From: Polyangiaceae bacterium
Lineage (GTDB): Bacteria; Myxococcota_A; Polyangia; Polyangiales; Polyangiaceae
Reading direction: 5' to 3'
Assembly (NCBI GenBank): GCA_044222475.1
Contig: JBGANF010000127.1
Coordinates: 1-22,744, forward strand
DNA length: 22,744 nucleotides
Shown: piece by piece, positions 1 to 8,805 of the stretch
How positions within the stretch are numbered: the stretch's first letter is position 1
Layout of the letters: every line of letters begins with the position of its first letter
Made by a program: the position numbers and the translations under genes
The notes under the pieces: generated by a model
Seen by the model: only the letters and a program-made list of their open reading frames with translations
The model's database searches: none
What the model was told of the DNA's origin: nothing

Positions 1-966
1 CTTCTGTTGGGTCGACGGGAAATTCTGAGTCCTCGTGACCCAGCCACGACCGCCGAGCGCGAGTGGGTCGCTCCAGCTGTCCTCTTCGTCGGTCAGCATG
101 ATGACGGCGACGAGCGAGTCTTCGCGGAGGAAGTCCTTGCGCTGCTTCAGGAGCTTCGCGTCGACGCCGTCGAGCGCGACGGCCGCCGAGCCGCCCGCCG
201 ACTTCGGGATGGCGTCCCACGGGTCCGGCTGGACGAGGAAGCGGTACCAGGACTCGAGCTGCGCTTCGAGACCGCAGCCGTACTCCTGCCCACCGACGAC
301 GAGCGTCTGGAAGTCCGTGACGAGTGTCGGCACGTCCGGCTCGGGCGTGACGTTCGGAGCGGGCTTGCCCTGGTTCTTCGGCTCGGAGGCCGGGAGCCAC
401 GCGAGGAAGTTGCCGCCGTTGCCGTCCTTCGGCTTCGCGTTGTTGACGGTGCCTTCCGGTCCGCCGTTCGGTTTGACGCGGTTGATCAGCTCGCCCTTGT
501 CGTTGTCGTGGCGAGTGATGCCGGCCGGCACGGCGCCCGAGCCGTCGCAGATGTCGGGCGAGCCGCCGCCGCCGAGCGACGAGGTGACGATGCCGATGTG
601 GAGATCGTGCACCGGCTGGAACTCCAGCTTGAAGCCGTCGGGGCAGGTGCCGTTGGTGGCCTTCTGCGTGACCTTCGGATCGTCGTTCTTCACGCAGTCC
701 GGCGAGAGGAGCCGGCTGATGAGGTCGGGGACGGCGTCCTTGAAGAGGTCCTGCTTGTCACCCATCGACGCGGAGTTGTCGATGGAGAAGAGGATGTCGA
801 CCTTGTCGATCGCTTGCTGTTTGACGACGGCGGTGAAGTTCGCCTTCGTGGTCGGCTCTTGCTGCACGACCGGACGGGTGAGACACCCGATGCCGAGGAC
901 GCCAGCGGCGACTCCAGCGAAGAAAAGTGCGCGACCGAGCCGGTTGCGTTGGGCGATGCGTTCCAT
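1..966 (-). CDS. vWA-domain (MIDAS) lipoprotein, CglB-like myxobacterial family; 3' end runs off the window
   Basis: Not in the ORF track. I translated it from ATG 966 and it is open to base 1: MERIAQRNRLGRALFFAGVAAGVLGIGC (lipobox-like), KVDILLSIDNSASMGDKQ (DxSxS), DLHIGIVTSSLG, GCGLEAQLESWYRFL, FLREDSLVAVIMLTDEEDS. AGGAG RBS upstream. Confidence 0.8.
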   Translation of the reverse strand, partial: MERIAQRNRLGRALFFAGVAAGVLGIGCLTRPVVQQEPTTKANFTAVVKQQAIDKVDILFSIDNSASMGDKQDLFKDAVPDLISRLLSPDCVKNDDPKVTQKATNGTCPDGFKLEFQPVHDLHIGIVTSSLGGGGSPDICDGSGAVPAGITRHDNDKGELINRVKPNGGPEGTVNNAKPKDGNGGNFLAWLPASEPKNQGKPAPNVTPEPDVPTLVTDFQTLVVGGQEYGCGLEAQLESWYRFLVQPDPWDAIPKSAGGSAAVALDGVDAKLLKQRKDFLREDSLVAVIMLTDEEDSWSDPLALGGRGWVTRTQNFPSTQQK

Positions 967-1048
967 GGATGAGCTCCTCGAGGTAGACCCCGCCCTCCCC
1001 GAGGAGGACGCGGTCCCGCCAAAACGAATGCTGCGACGAATGGAGTAA

Positions 1049-1064
1049 AGCACATCGCGGGCCA
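1049..1064 (-). promoter_or_regulatory. sigma-54 (-24/-12) promoter for the vWA lipoprotein gene
   Basis: Minus strand reads TGGCCCGCGATGTGCT, i.e. GG-N10-GC with TGGC...TGCT, about 80 nt upstream of ATG 966. Confidence 0.6.
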
Positions 1065-1116
1065 AGGTGAACACCCTGATTCTTCGAGAGAAAGAAGGTG
1101 GTACGAGGTGCGCACC

Positions 1117-1133
1117 CGCCAACTCCGTTGGCG
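1117..1133. promoter_or_regulatory. inverted repeat, candidate enhancer-binding-protein site
   Basis: CGCCAAC-TCC-GTTGGCG, a perfect 7-bp inverted repeat about 55-70 nt upstream of the sigma-54 -24 element. Confidence 0.35.
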
Positions 1134-1180
1134 CCGCGCCAAGTTGCTTGCCGGCGCGACGGCCAGCTATCTTCGAGAGG

Positions 1181-1990
1181 ATGCTACGGCTTCGTTGGGG
1201 CTTGGCTTTGGGGGTCTTCGGGTTCGCTGCGGTTGCGGCGCTCGAGCTGTCCGCCTCATCGTGCTCGAGCGACTCGTTCGCGCCGCCGCCCCCCGCCGCC
1301 TTTTGTGCGGCGCACCCGAACGCCACCGGCATGTTCTGCGATGACTTCGAGAAGCTCTCCCCCGATGGAGGCGCGTTCGACCCCGCTTGGACGCTGACCC
1401 TGACCGGGGGCGGCACTGCGACCCGAGAGGCCAGCGGCACCGGCTTCGCCTTTCACTCCGTGGTGCCCGGTACGGCGGGCAAGCGAGCGGCCGAGCTCGA
1501 GTGGGATCCGAACATCGCTCTCGCGCGCCACATCGGGATGAGAGCCAAGGTCAAGCTCAGCGCGGAGTGCGCGGGGGGACAGTCCCTCTTCGTCCTGTCG
1601 GGTTTCGCGGCCAACGCGGTCGCCGGCATCGGGCTCGGCGTCGCTACCGACACGACCTCGAAGAAGACTCCGTTCGTCCTCTATGCGGGGAGCCAAGCGG
1701 CGGACGCTGGGCCCAAGTTGGCGAGCTGGTCCGCCGCGGACGATGCCGTCTTCGGGGCTTGGCTCGACATCACGATGGACGTGACGTTCGATCGACCGCG
1801 CGATGCGGCACCCGCTGGAGGCGTCGACCTCGTCGTCACCGTCGGCGGCACGAAGGTGATCGAGGTCTTGGGCGGCGAGGGCGGCGCGGCGATCGCGTTC
1901 CCGAAGCTCGCGATCGGCGCGACGACGACGACGTCGCCGGTGGCCTGCGACGCCTGGATGGACGACGTCGTGCTCGAAGTGACGAAGTGA
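1181..1990 (+). CDS. secreted/lipoprotein of unknown function (FCDDFE motif, probable beta-sandwich)
   Basis: Start ATG 1181 gives a signal peptide (MLRLRWGLALGVFGFAAVAALELSASSC). FCDDFE near the N-terminus, beta-strand-like body, C-terminal WMDDVVL. TATCTT box 7 nt upstream. Confidence 0.65.
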   Translation: MLRLRWGLALGVFGFAAVAALELSASSCSSDSFAPPPPAAFCAAHPNATGMFCDDFEKLSPDGGAFDPAWTLTLTGGGTATREASGTGFAFHSVVPGTAGKRAAELEWDPNIALARHIGMRAKVKLSAECAGGQSLFVLSGFAANAVAGIGLGVATDTTSKKTPFVLYAGSQAADAGPKLASWSAADDAVFGAWLDITMDVTFDRPRDAAPAGGVDLVVTVGGTKVIEVLGGEGGAAIAFPKLAIGATTTTSPVACDAWMDDVVLEVTK

Positions 1991-1994
1991 GCGC

Positions 1995-3923
1995 CTAGAG
2001 CTTCCGGCGCAGCGCTTCGACGTGCTTCGGTCGCACGCCGGGCACCGCGAGGAGCTCGGCGTCGGTCGCGGCCTTGATCGCGGCGACCGTACCGAGCTTC
2101 CCGAGCAGCGCCTTCTTCAGCACCGGCCCGATCCCCGGCACGTCGTCGAGCGCCGACTTGAAGCGCCGCGCTTTGCCGAGCCGCTCGCGAGCGCGGTTCG
2201 AGAAGCGATGGGCCTCGTCCCGTGCGCGCGCGAGGAAGAAGAGCGACGACGAGTGGCTCTTCAACGCGATCGGGTTCTTCTGCCCCGGGAGGTACACGCG
2301 ATCGACGACGGTCTCCCCTTCCGCCGCCTCCTTCGAGGCCGGCTTGAGGACGCGCTCCTTCGCGAGCGCCACGATCGGGAGATCGTGGAGGCCGAGGTCG
2401 CGCGCCGCCGTGAGCGCGACGCCGAGCTGGCCGCGGCCGCCGTCGACGACGAAGAGATCGGGGAGGTCCCACGACGACTCGGCTCGTTCGGTGGCGTCGG
2501 CTTCCTCCGGCTTGCGCGCGAGCATGCCGCGACGAAAGCGGCGCGCGAGCACCTCGTACATCGCCGCGTAGTCGTCGTTCGCGGCGCCACTCTGCGACTC
2601 GCGCGTCCCTTCGGCTTTGACGTGAAACGACCGGTAGCGCTTCTTGTCCGGAACGCCGTCGAGGAAGGCGATCACGGCGCCGACGGTGTCGCCTCCGCCG
2701 AGGTGCGAGATGTCACAGCACTCGATTCGTTTCGGCATGCTGGGGAGGCGCAGGATCTCCTGGAGCTTGCGGAGGCGCTCTTCGACGTCGTCCTTCGCGC
2801 GCGACTTCTCCCGGAATGCATGCTTCGCGTTCTCCAGCGCGAGCTCGAGCAGGTGCGCCTTCTGTCCCCTCTTGGGAACGGCGATCTCCACCTTTCGCCC
2901 CGCCCGCTCGGACAACCACTCGGCCACGCCGCGCGCACCTTCGGGGAGCACCGGGACGAGGATCTCCGGAGGCGGGAGCGCGATCGCGGACGCGTCTTCG
3001 GCTTCGCGCGCGTAGCGCTCGCCGAGGAAACCTCCGATGAGCTCCTCTTCGGGGAGCTCGGCGGCGAGCGAGTAGGTCGTCACGTCGGCGAGCCGCCCGC
3101 GACGAACGACCAGCAACGCGATCTCGACGAGATCGCCTTCGCGGTACGTCGCCACGACGTCACGATCTTCGAGGTCCTCGCTGACGATGCGCTGCTCTTC
3201 GCGCACCTTGCCGACGGCGTCGAGTTGATCGCGATAGACGGCGGCGAGCTCGAAGCGCATGGCGCGCGCGCTGTCCTGCATCTTCGTCGTGAGCTCCTTC
3301 GAGAGCTCGTCATGACGCGCGTCCAGAAAGAGCTCGACCGTCCGCACTTGCTCCGCGTACCACCGCGCGTCGACCTCGAGGACGCACGGCGCGGGGCACC
3401 GCTTGATCTGGTGTTGGAGACACGGCCGCCGGCGGCTCTTGAGCTCGAGGTCGCTGCACGTGCGGAGCTGGAAGTGTTTGTTCACCAGGTGCAGCGTGCG
3501 CCGGGCGGCCGTGGCCGACGGATACGGACCGAAGTAGCGCGCGCCGTCGTCGGCTGGCCGGCGGACGACGTCGAGTCGAGGCCACTCGTGCGTGGTGGCG
3601 AGGCGGAGCGAGATGAACTCCTTGTCGTCGCGGAGCTTCACGTTGAAGCGCGGGTCGTGCTGGCGGATGAGGCCGTGCTCGAGGATCGCGGCCTCCTTCT
3701 CGGACGCCGTGACCACGGTCTCGATGTCGCCGAGGGTGCGCCACAGGAACGGGATGAACTGCCGGTTGTCGCTGCCTCCTTCTTGGAAGTAGCTCTTCAC
3801 GCGGCTACGGAGGCTCTTCGCCTTGCCGACGTAGACGACGACGCCCTTCTTGTCCTTGAACAGGTACACGCCCGGCTGTGCGGGGAGGGTCGAGAGCTTC
3901 GCCAGGACCGTGTCGGGCAGCAC
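1995..3923 (-). CDS. uvrC: excinuclease ABC subunit C
   Basis: GIY-YIG (PGVYLFKD...YVGKAKSLRSRVKSYF), Cys cluster (C...PCLQHQIKRCPAPC), UVR (RFELAAVYRDQL), RNase H-like (RIECCDISH, DLFVVDGGRGQL, RDEAHRF) and C-terminal HhH. GTG 3923 is the preferred start; the ORF track start is 3959. Confidence 0.97.
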   Translation of the reverse strand: MLPDTVLAKLSTLPAQPGVYLFKDKKGVVVYVGKAKSLRSRVKSYFQEGGSDNRQFIPFLWRTLGDIETVVTASEKEAAILEHGLIRQHDPRFNVKLRDDKEFISLRLATTHEWPRLDVVRRPADDGARYFGPYPSATAARRTLHLVNKHFQLRTCSDLELKSRRRPCLQHQIKRCPAPCVLEVDARWYAEQVRTVELFLDARHDELSKELTTKMQDSARAMRFELAAVYRDQLDAVGKVREEQRIVSEDLEDRDVVATYREGDLVEIALLVVRRGRLADVTTYSLAAELPEEELIGGFLGERYAREAEDASAIALPPPEILVPVLPEGARGVAEWLSERAGRKVEIAVPKRGQKAHLLELALENAKHAFREKSRAKDDVEERLRKLQEILRLPSMPKRIECCDISHLGGGDTVGAVIAFLDGVPDKKRYRSFHVKAEGTRESQSGAANDDYAAMYEVLARRFRRGMLARKPEEADATERAESSWDLPDLFVVDGGRGQLGVALTAARDLGLHDLPIVALAKERVLKPASKEAAEGETVVDRVYLPGQKNPIALKSHSSSLFFLARARDEAHRFSNRARERLGKARRFKSALDDVPGIGPVLKKALLGKLGTVAAIKAATDAELLAVPGVRPKHVEALRRKL

Positions 3924-3999
3924 GGCGCGAGGATGCCACATCGGCCCGCCCCCTCCCACCGCTCCAAAGCGTCCCCGGGCAATGCGTGTCGAAGAGACG

Positions 4000-4527
4000 A
4001 TGCGTCCAGTTCGTTCGATCGTCCTCGGTGCCGTCCTCTTTTATTCCCTCGCCACGTCGGATTTCGCCCACGCCGACGCACCGACCTTGGCCGATCGCGT
4101 CGTGATCAAGAAGAGCGCGCACACCCTCGCGCTGATGCGCGGCACGACGACGCTCAAGACCTACAAGGTCGCGATCGGACCGGGCGGCGCGGGACCGAAG
4201 CACCGCGAAGGCGACATGACCACGCCGGTCGGGCACTACAGGGTCGAGTGGCGCGCGCCGTCGCAGTTCCACCAATTCCTGCACCTGAACTACCCCAACG
4301 CCGACGACCAGAAGCGGTTCGCCGAATCGAAGGCCAAGGGGGAGCTCCCCGAGAAGGCCACCATCGGCGGCGACATCGGCATCCACGGAGCGCCGCCGAA
4401 CCCCGCATGGAAGTCGACCCACAAGACGGTGGACTGGACCGCGGGCTGCATCGCAGTGGACGACGCGGAGATCGACGAGATCTCGAGCCTCGTTCCGTAC
4501 GGCACGCCCGTCGACATCGACGATTGA
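4000..4527 (+). CDS. L,D-transpeptidase/carboxypeptidase family protein (YkuD fold), secreted
   Basis: Signal peptide; DRVVIKKSAHTL, GPKHREGDMTTPVGHY, LNYPNADD, GGDIGIHG...WTAGCIAV (catalytic His/Cys). Alternative start ATG 3982. Confidence 0.9.
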   Translation: MRPVRSIVLGAVLFYSLATSDFAHADAPTLADRVVIKKSAHTLALMRGTTTLKTYKVAIGPGGAGPKHREGDMTTPVGHYRVEWRAPSQFHQFLHLNYPNADDQKRFAESKAKGELPEKATIGGDIGIHGAPPNPAWKSTHKTVDWTAGCIAVDDAEIDEISSLVPYGTPVDIDD

Positions 4528-5211
4528 TCACGGCACGACGAACGTCGCGGTGCGGAAGCGGAGCGTGCGATCCGCCTGTCCGATCTGGCGCACGAACAAG
4601 CCGACGAACGAGCCGAAGAGCGCGTCGCTCGGGCCGATGTTCGTGGAGCCGGTCGGGCGCGAGACCCAGCGCCGCATCTGCTCGAGCATCTGCGGGCTGA
4701 CGGGGTTCACGTCGACGATGACGCCTAGGAAGTACGGAGTGGCGGCCTTGAGGAGCGCCCGATCGACGACCGGGAAGTCCTTCACCTCGGCGCACTGTCG
4801 CAGGACGCCGTCGGCGTTGATCGCCGCGGCGTCGCGGTCGCCGCCGGGGCCGGTGATCTTGAGTCGATAGATCTCGTCCCACAGATCGTACGTCACGCGG
4901 CACGAGCGAACGGCGAGCGCGACCGGCGCGTCGTTCTTGTCCTCGAAGACGTACGCGCGCATCGCGATGACGGTGGGCAACCCGCTCGCGAGCTTGTTCG
5001 TCAGCGCCGGGTCGAGCACGTCGCGGAACGAGAGCGTCGCCTTCAGGAGCGTGATCTCCTTCGGCACGGCGGGCGGCGACTGTTTGTCCCACGCCAACGT
5101 GGAGGCGCGCTGCGGGAGCTGGGCGGGCGCGGGCGGCGGGTCGTCGGCTCGGAGGACGCGCGGGGCGGCGAGCACCAGCGCGAGCGCGCATGCGAATGCG
5201 AGGCGTCTCAT
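4528..5211 (-). CDS. DUF4390-like exported protein
   Basis: Signal peptide; KLASGLPTVI, RVTYDLWDEIYRL pattern. Start overlaps the Omp85 stop (ATGA, 5208-5211). Confidence 0.65.
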   Translation of the reverse strand: MRRLAFACALALVLAAPRVLRADDPPPAPAQLPQRASTLAWDKQSPPAVPKEITLLKATLSFRDVLDPALTNKLASGLPTVIAMRAYVFEDKNDAPVALAVRSCRVTYDLWDEIYRLKITGPGGDRDAAAINADGVLRQCAEVKDFPVVDRALLKAATPYFLGVIVDVNPVSPQMLEQMRRWVSRPTGSTNIGPSDALFGSFVGLFVRQIGQADRTLRFRTATFVVP

Positions 5212-6767
5212 GGCGCCTCCGATCGGAACGGGATGAACCCGATGAACGTCGACGCGCCGAGCCGCACGGCGCCGACCGCCGTGTCGATCCGCAGCCCCAG
5301 GTTGAACGTGAGGTCGACCGGGATGCGCGCCGCGCCCGAGTACCCGTTCGGCGGCGACGTGAAGCTGCGCAGATCGGCGATGCCGTAGACGCCCGCCGAT
5401 CCGAAGAGATCGATCCCGTAGATCGTCGCGCGTCCGCGGTAGAGGGGGATCCGGTACTCGGCCGACAAGAGCGCGGCGTACTGGCCGTAGCGAAGCTCGC
5501 CGATCGACGTCTGGAAGACGTTGGGCGCGGCGCGGCGATCGAACGCGAGATCGAGCACTCGATCGGGGAGCAGGTCGGTGAAGTCACCGACGTAGTAGCG
5601 CTCGTACAGCGGTGCGTCGCCGAAGATGGCACCCGCGAACGCATCGAGCCGCAGGATGTGCTTCCACGGCAGCGTGAACCACTGCGCGCCGCGGAGCTGG
5701 ACCTTGGCGTACGGGTAGTCGCTCCCGAGGGGCGCGAGCGAGAGCTCGCCGACGAGCCCGACGTAGTTGCCCTTGCTCGTGAGCACCGGCTCGTCGCGCG
5801 TGTCGTGCGAGAGCGTGCCGCGAAGGGTCGACAGGATCGAGCCTCCCGAGCGCACGTAGAAATCGATCGGCTCGACGTCGGAGCCGCGCCGATGGCTCGC
5901 CGCCGCTGGCACCGACGCATCGATCCTCTCGAGGCGATAGTCGAGGAACAGGTGCGTCGTCGGGGACACCTCGTACGAGCCGCCGAGCGATCCGCCGAAG
6001 CGGTCGTAGGTGACGACGGCGTAGTCCGTGGGTTGGGCTCCGCGCCCGACGTCGACGAGGACGTCACGATTGCCGAAGAAGTCGCGCGCGCGGGCGAAGA
6101 GCAGCTGCGCGTTGAAGCCGAAGCTCGACGTCCCAATCTGCGGCGCCGCGAAGCGCGCGCGGAGGGCGAGCTGGCGATCCGCGACGGCGAGCGCGCCACC
6201 GAGCAACAGACCCGTGCCCGCGAGGTTGCTCTCCGACACGTCGAGCCCGCCGTACGCGGTGATCGGTCGCGCCGAGCCGTTCGGGTTCACGTCCGACGCG
6301 AGACCGAGCCAGAACTCGTTCACGACGATCGTGTTGCGCTCCACGACGTCGACCACGAGGACGACGTTCCCGCGCTTCGAGCCTCGCTTGAGCGAGAGCT
6401 GAACGTCCCGGAAAAACCCGGTGCCGAGGAGTCGGAAGCGGGTCAACGCCACGCGCTCGTCGTCGACGTCGAACGCTTCGCCCACGCGGAACGGCACGTA
6501 CCGCAGGACGACGCGCTTGAGCGTCGTCGTGTTTCCGTGCACCTCGACGTCCTCGAGGACGTAGCGCACGTTGACGGGAGCCACGGGCGTGTCCGCCTCG
6601 ACGGGAGCAGGCGGCGTCACCGGCGGCGGCTCGGCGGGCGGCGGAGGTGGAGGCGTTTCGTCGACCGGCGCGATCCCCTCTACGCCGCCCCACGTCTGCA
6701 GCGGATCCGCGCTCGCGGAGGCGGCCCACAGCAGAGTCGCGGAGAAGAGAGCGAGTCGAAGGCGCAC
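5208..6767 (-). CDS. Omp85/BamA-TamA family outer-membrane protein with one POTRA domain
   Basis: C-terminal part of track ORF 5208..7979. Signal peptide, Pro-rich linker, POTRA (VEVHGNTTTLKRVVLR...LLGTGFFRDVQL...VVDVVER), SESNLAGTG, HDTRDEPVLTSKG, amphipathic beta-strands, GLRIDTAVGAVRL. Start GTG 6767 (or 6779). Confidence 0.85.
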   Translation of the reverse strand: MRLRLALFSATLLWAASASADPLQTWGGVEGIAPVDETPPPPPPAEPPPVTPPAPVEADTPVAPVNVRYVLEDVEVHGNTTTLKRVVLRYVPFRVGEAFDVDDERVALTRFRLLGTGFFRDVQLSLKRGSKRGNVVLVVDVVERNTIVVNEFWLGLASDVNPNGSARPITAYGGLDVSESNLAGTGLLLGGALAVADRQLALRARFAAPQIGTSSFGFNAQLLFARARDFFGNRDVLVDVGRGAQPTDYAVVTYDRFGGSLGGSYEVSPTTHLFLDYRLERIDASVPAAASHRRGSDVEPIDFYVRSGGSILSTLRGTLSHDTRDEPVLTSKGNYVGLVGELSLAPLGSDYPYAKVQLRGAQWFTLPWKHILRLDAFAGAIFGDAPLYERYYVGDFTDLLPDRVLDLAFDRRAAPNVFQTSIGELRYGQYAALLSAEYRIPLYRGRATIYGIDLFGSAGVYGIADLRSFTSPPNGYSGAARIPVDLTFNLGLRIDTAVGAVRLGASTFIGFIPFRSEAP

Positions 6768-6787
6768 GGAGCCGCGCACAGCGTAGC

Positions 6788-8731
6788 TCACCGGGGCGGC
6801 GCTCGGTACGCGTCCATCGCGCGTTCGACGAGCCGGTCCATCGAATCGGTCGACGGGCGCACCGCGACGTCGACCTCGGTGAGGAACGACGTGAAGGCGA
6901 AGTACGACACGAGCGCGTCGAAGCGCTCGACCCAACGCGGAAGGAAGCGCGGCTCCTCGAGGACGCCCTCGGCGCGCAGCCAGAGGAGGGCTTCGACGTC
7001 CTCGAGCGCGATGCGACCGCTCACGATCGTGGCCCCGAGCACCGGAGCTTGCGCGTGGAGCGCGGCGCGGAGGAACGAGTAGACGTCCAGAAGACCGGAG
7101 AGGTAGCAGGCGTCCTTCGTGAACGGCGACCCACCAGACGTGACTCCGCCTCGGCAGACGCGTTGGGCGTCGAAATAGGCGTCGCGCTCGGGGAGTCCCG
7201 CGTCGCGGAGGTGGGCATAGAGATCGAGGAACGACGCGCCGTCCTCGGCCATGGCGACGAGACGAACGCGCTCGGCGAGGCGCAGCAAGCGCGGCGTCGA
7301 GAGCGCGTGGCCGTAGAGCTCGGCGAAGACCGCGAGGCCCTCCTGCGTGCGGGTCGTGCGGGGCCCACCTCCCTTGAGGAGCGGGAACGCCTTCTGAGCC
7401 GCGCCGTTCTGAGCCGTGAGCGCGTGCGTCTCGATCTCGTGGAGGAAGAGCCCTTCGGCCTCGGCGCGCGAGAAACGCGCCCCCTCTCGCACGCGCATCT
7501 TCGTGCGACCGCAGAGCACCTTCGCGCTCAGATCTTCGTCGCGTTCGATCGTCATCTCGAGCGGGTGCGCGAGCTCGTCGAGCCGCTCCTCCATGAGGTC
7601 GACGAAGGCGTCCGTGTCGAGCTCGTCTTGGTCGACGCGGGCGGCGCCGACGAGCACTCGCCTGGCGACGTGGTTCGCGAGATCGAGGTTGGTAGTGTCG
7701 TGATCGAACGCCGTGCTCTTCGCGCTGCCGAAGATCTCCGTGCTCCGCTTGCCGAACTCGGGTGTTCCGACCGCGAGGAGGAGGCGCTGCGCACCGAGGA
7801 AGCTGTCGCACTGGCGACGAAGCCACGCATGAACCGGATGGTCGCCTTCGAGCTCCTTGCGCAGCGCGTTCAGCGCGTCGATCGCGTCTTCGGCGCGTTT
7901 TCGGTCGATCGCATACGTCGGCTCCGGGAGCCGCTTCGCGTCGTGGGCGAAGAAGTCGGTCTCGACGCTGCGCGGCCACGCGATCGCTTCGAGGACCCGG
8001 GTGCTCGCGGCGATCGGTTGGAGCGTCGCGCGGGCCTTCTCGAGGAGCGCGTCTCGGTCGAAGCCTCGGAGCTCGGGCACCGAGTTCTTCGGCGCGTCAC
8101 CCTGTCGCTCGGGCGCGGCGTCGCGGACGAACGGCAGCGCGGTCGCGGCTTCGTACGCCGCGCGCACCCGCGGATAGGCGGCGAGATCGACCCCGAAGCG
8201 CTTCGCGCTGTAGACCTGAGGCACGAGGAAGGCGTCAGCCGCGCTGAAGTAGTCGCCGTAGGCGTAGCGTCCGCGTACGCCTTCCGCTTCGTTCGCGGCC
8301 ATGAGTCGTTCGAACGCGGCGAGCCCTCGCTCGTTGAAATGCTTCGCCCACTCGACGCGCGCGGCAGCGTCGCTCGACACGTGCTCGAGCACGGCGAGGT
8401 TCTGGAGCGGCTGGGTGCCCGAGTTCACCACCTCGACGAGGGCGCGGACCCGCGCTCGATCGCGCGCATCACGAGGGAACAGCGCGGGACGGGGGAAGAG
8501 GTCTTCGAGCAGCTCGATGATCGCGACGGACTCGATGAACGGCTTCCCGTCGATGACGAGACACGGGATGTAGCCGGTGGCCGCGCGGGCGACGTGCTCG
8601 GGAGCGCTCTGCTCCTTCTTCAACAGGTTCACGTGAACGGACCGATGGGCGATCCCCTTGTGAGCGAGGGCGATCCGAACGCGGTACGACGACGAAGAAC
8701 GCCAGTACGTGTAGAGGACGATGTCGCTCAT
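6788..8731 (-). CDS. fusion: maleylacetoacetate isomerase (GST zeta, MaiA-like) + DUF1704/QEGLA zinc metallo-carboxypeptidase domain
   Basis: Residues 1-~214: LYTYWRSSSSYRVRIAL, ESVAIIELLE, SGTQPLQNL, ADAFLVPQVYSAKRF, AAPERQGDAP (GST zeta). Residues ~218-647: LHEIETH (HExxxH), TQEGLAVFAE, RVCRGG, FTKDACYLSG. One reading frame with no internal stop. Confidence 0.88.
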   Translation of the reverse strand: MSDIVLYTYWRSSSSYRVRIALAHKGIAHRSVHVNLLKKEQSAPEHVARAATGYIPCLVIDGKPFIESVAIIELLEDLFPRPALFPRDARDRARVRALVEVVNSGTQPLQNLAVLEHVSSDAAARVEWAKHFNERGLAAFERLMAANEAEGVRGRYAYGDYFSAADAFLVPQVYSAKRFGVDLAAYPRVRAAYEAATALPFVRDAAPERQGDAPKNSVPELRGFDRDALLEKARATLQPIAASTRVLEAIAWPRSVETDFFAHDAKRLPEPTYAIDRKRAEDAIDALNALRKELEGDHPVHAWLRRQCDSFLGAQRLLLAVGTPEFGKRSTEIFGSAKSTAFDHDTTNLDLANHVARRVLVGAARVDQDELDTDAFVDLMEERLDELAHPLEMTIERDEDLSAKVLCGRTKMRVREGARFSRAEAEGLFLHEIETHALTAQNGAAQKAFPLLKGGGPRTTRTQEGLAVFAELYGHALSTPRLLRLAERVRLVAMAEDGASFLDLYAHLRDAGLPERDAYFDAQRVCRGGVTSGGSPFTKDACYLSGLLDVYSFLRAALHAQAPVLGATIVSGRIALEDVEALLWLRAEGVLEEPRFLPRWVERFDALVSYFAFTSFLTEVDVAVRPSTDSMDRLVERAMDAYRAPPR

Positions 8732-8805
8732 GGGTCGCGGCCAGCATAATGGACATCTGGACGTCGGGGGCGCGGGCCGGCGATCACCGTAGAATGAAGC
8801 GCTCG

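Noticed and set aside
7..1048. Long + strand ORFs 7..972 and 35..1048
   Set aside because: Antisense shadows of the minus-strand vWA lipoprotein; Arg/Ser-rich with no motifs
2022..8749. Very long ORFs 2022..4700, 4154..6199, 5190..7082, 6647..8749 and the N-terminal extension of 5208..7979
   Set aside because: Stop-poor alternative frames expected at high GC; they overlap genes with clear family motifs
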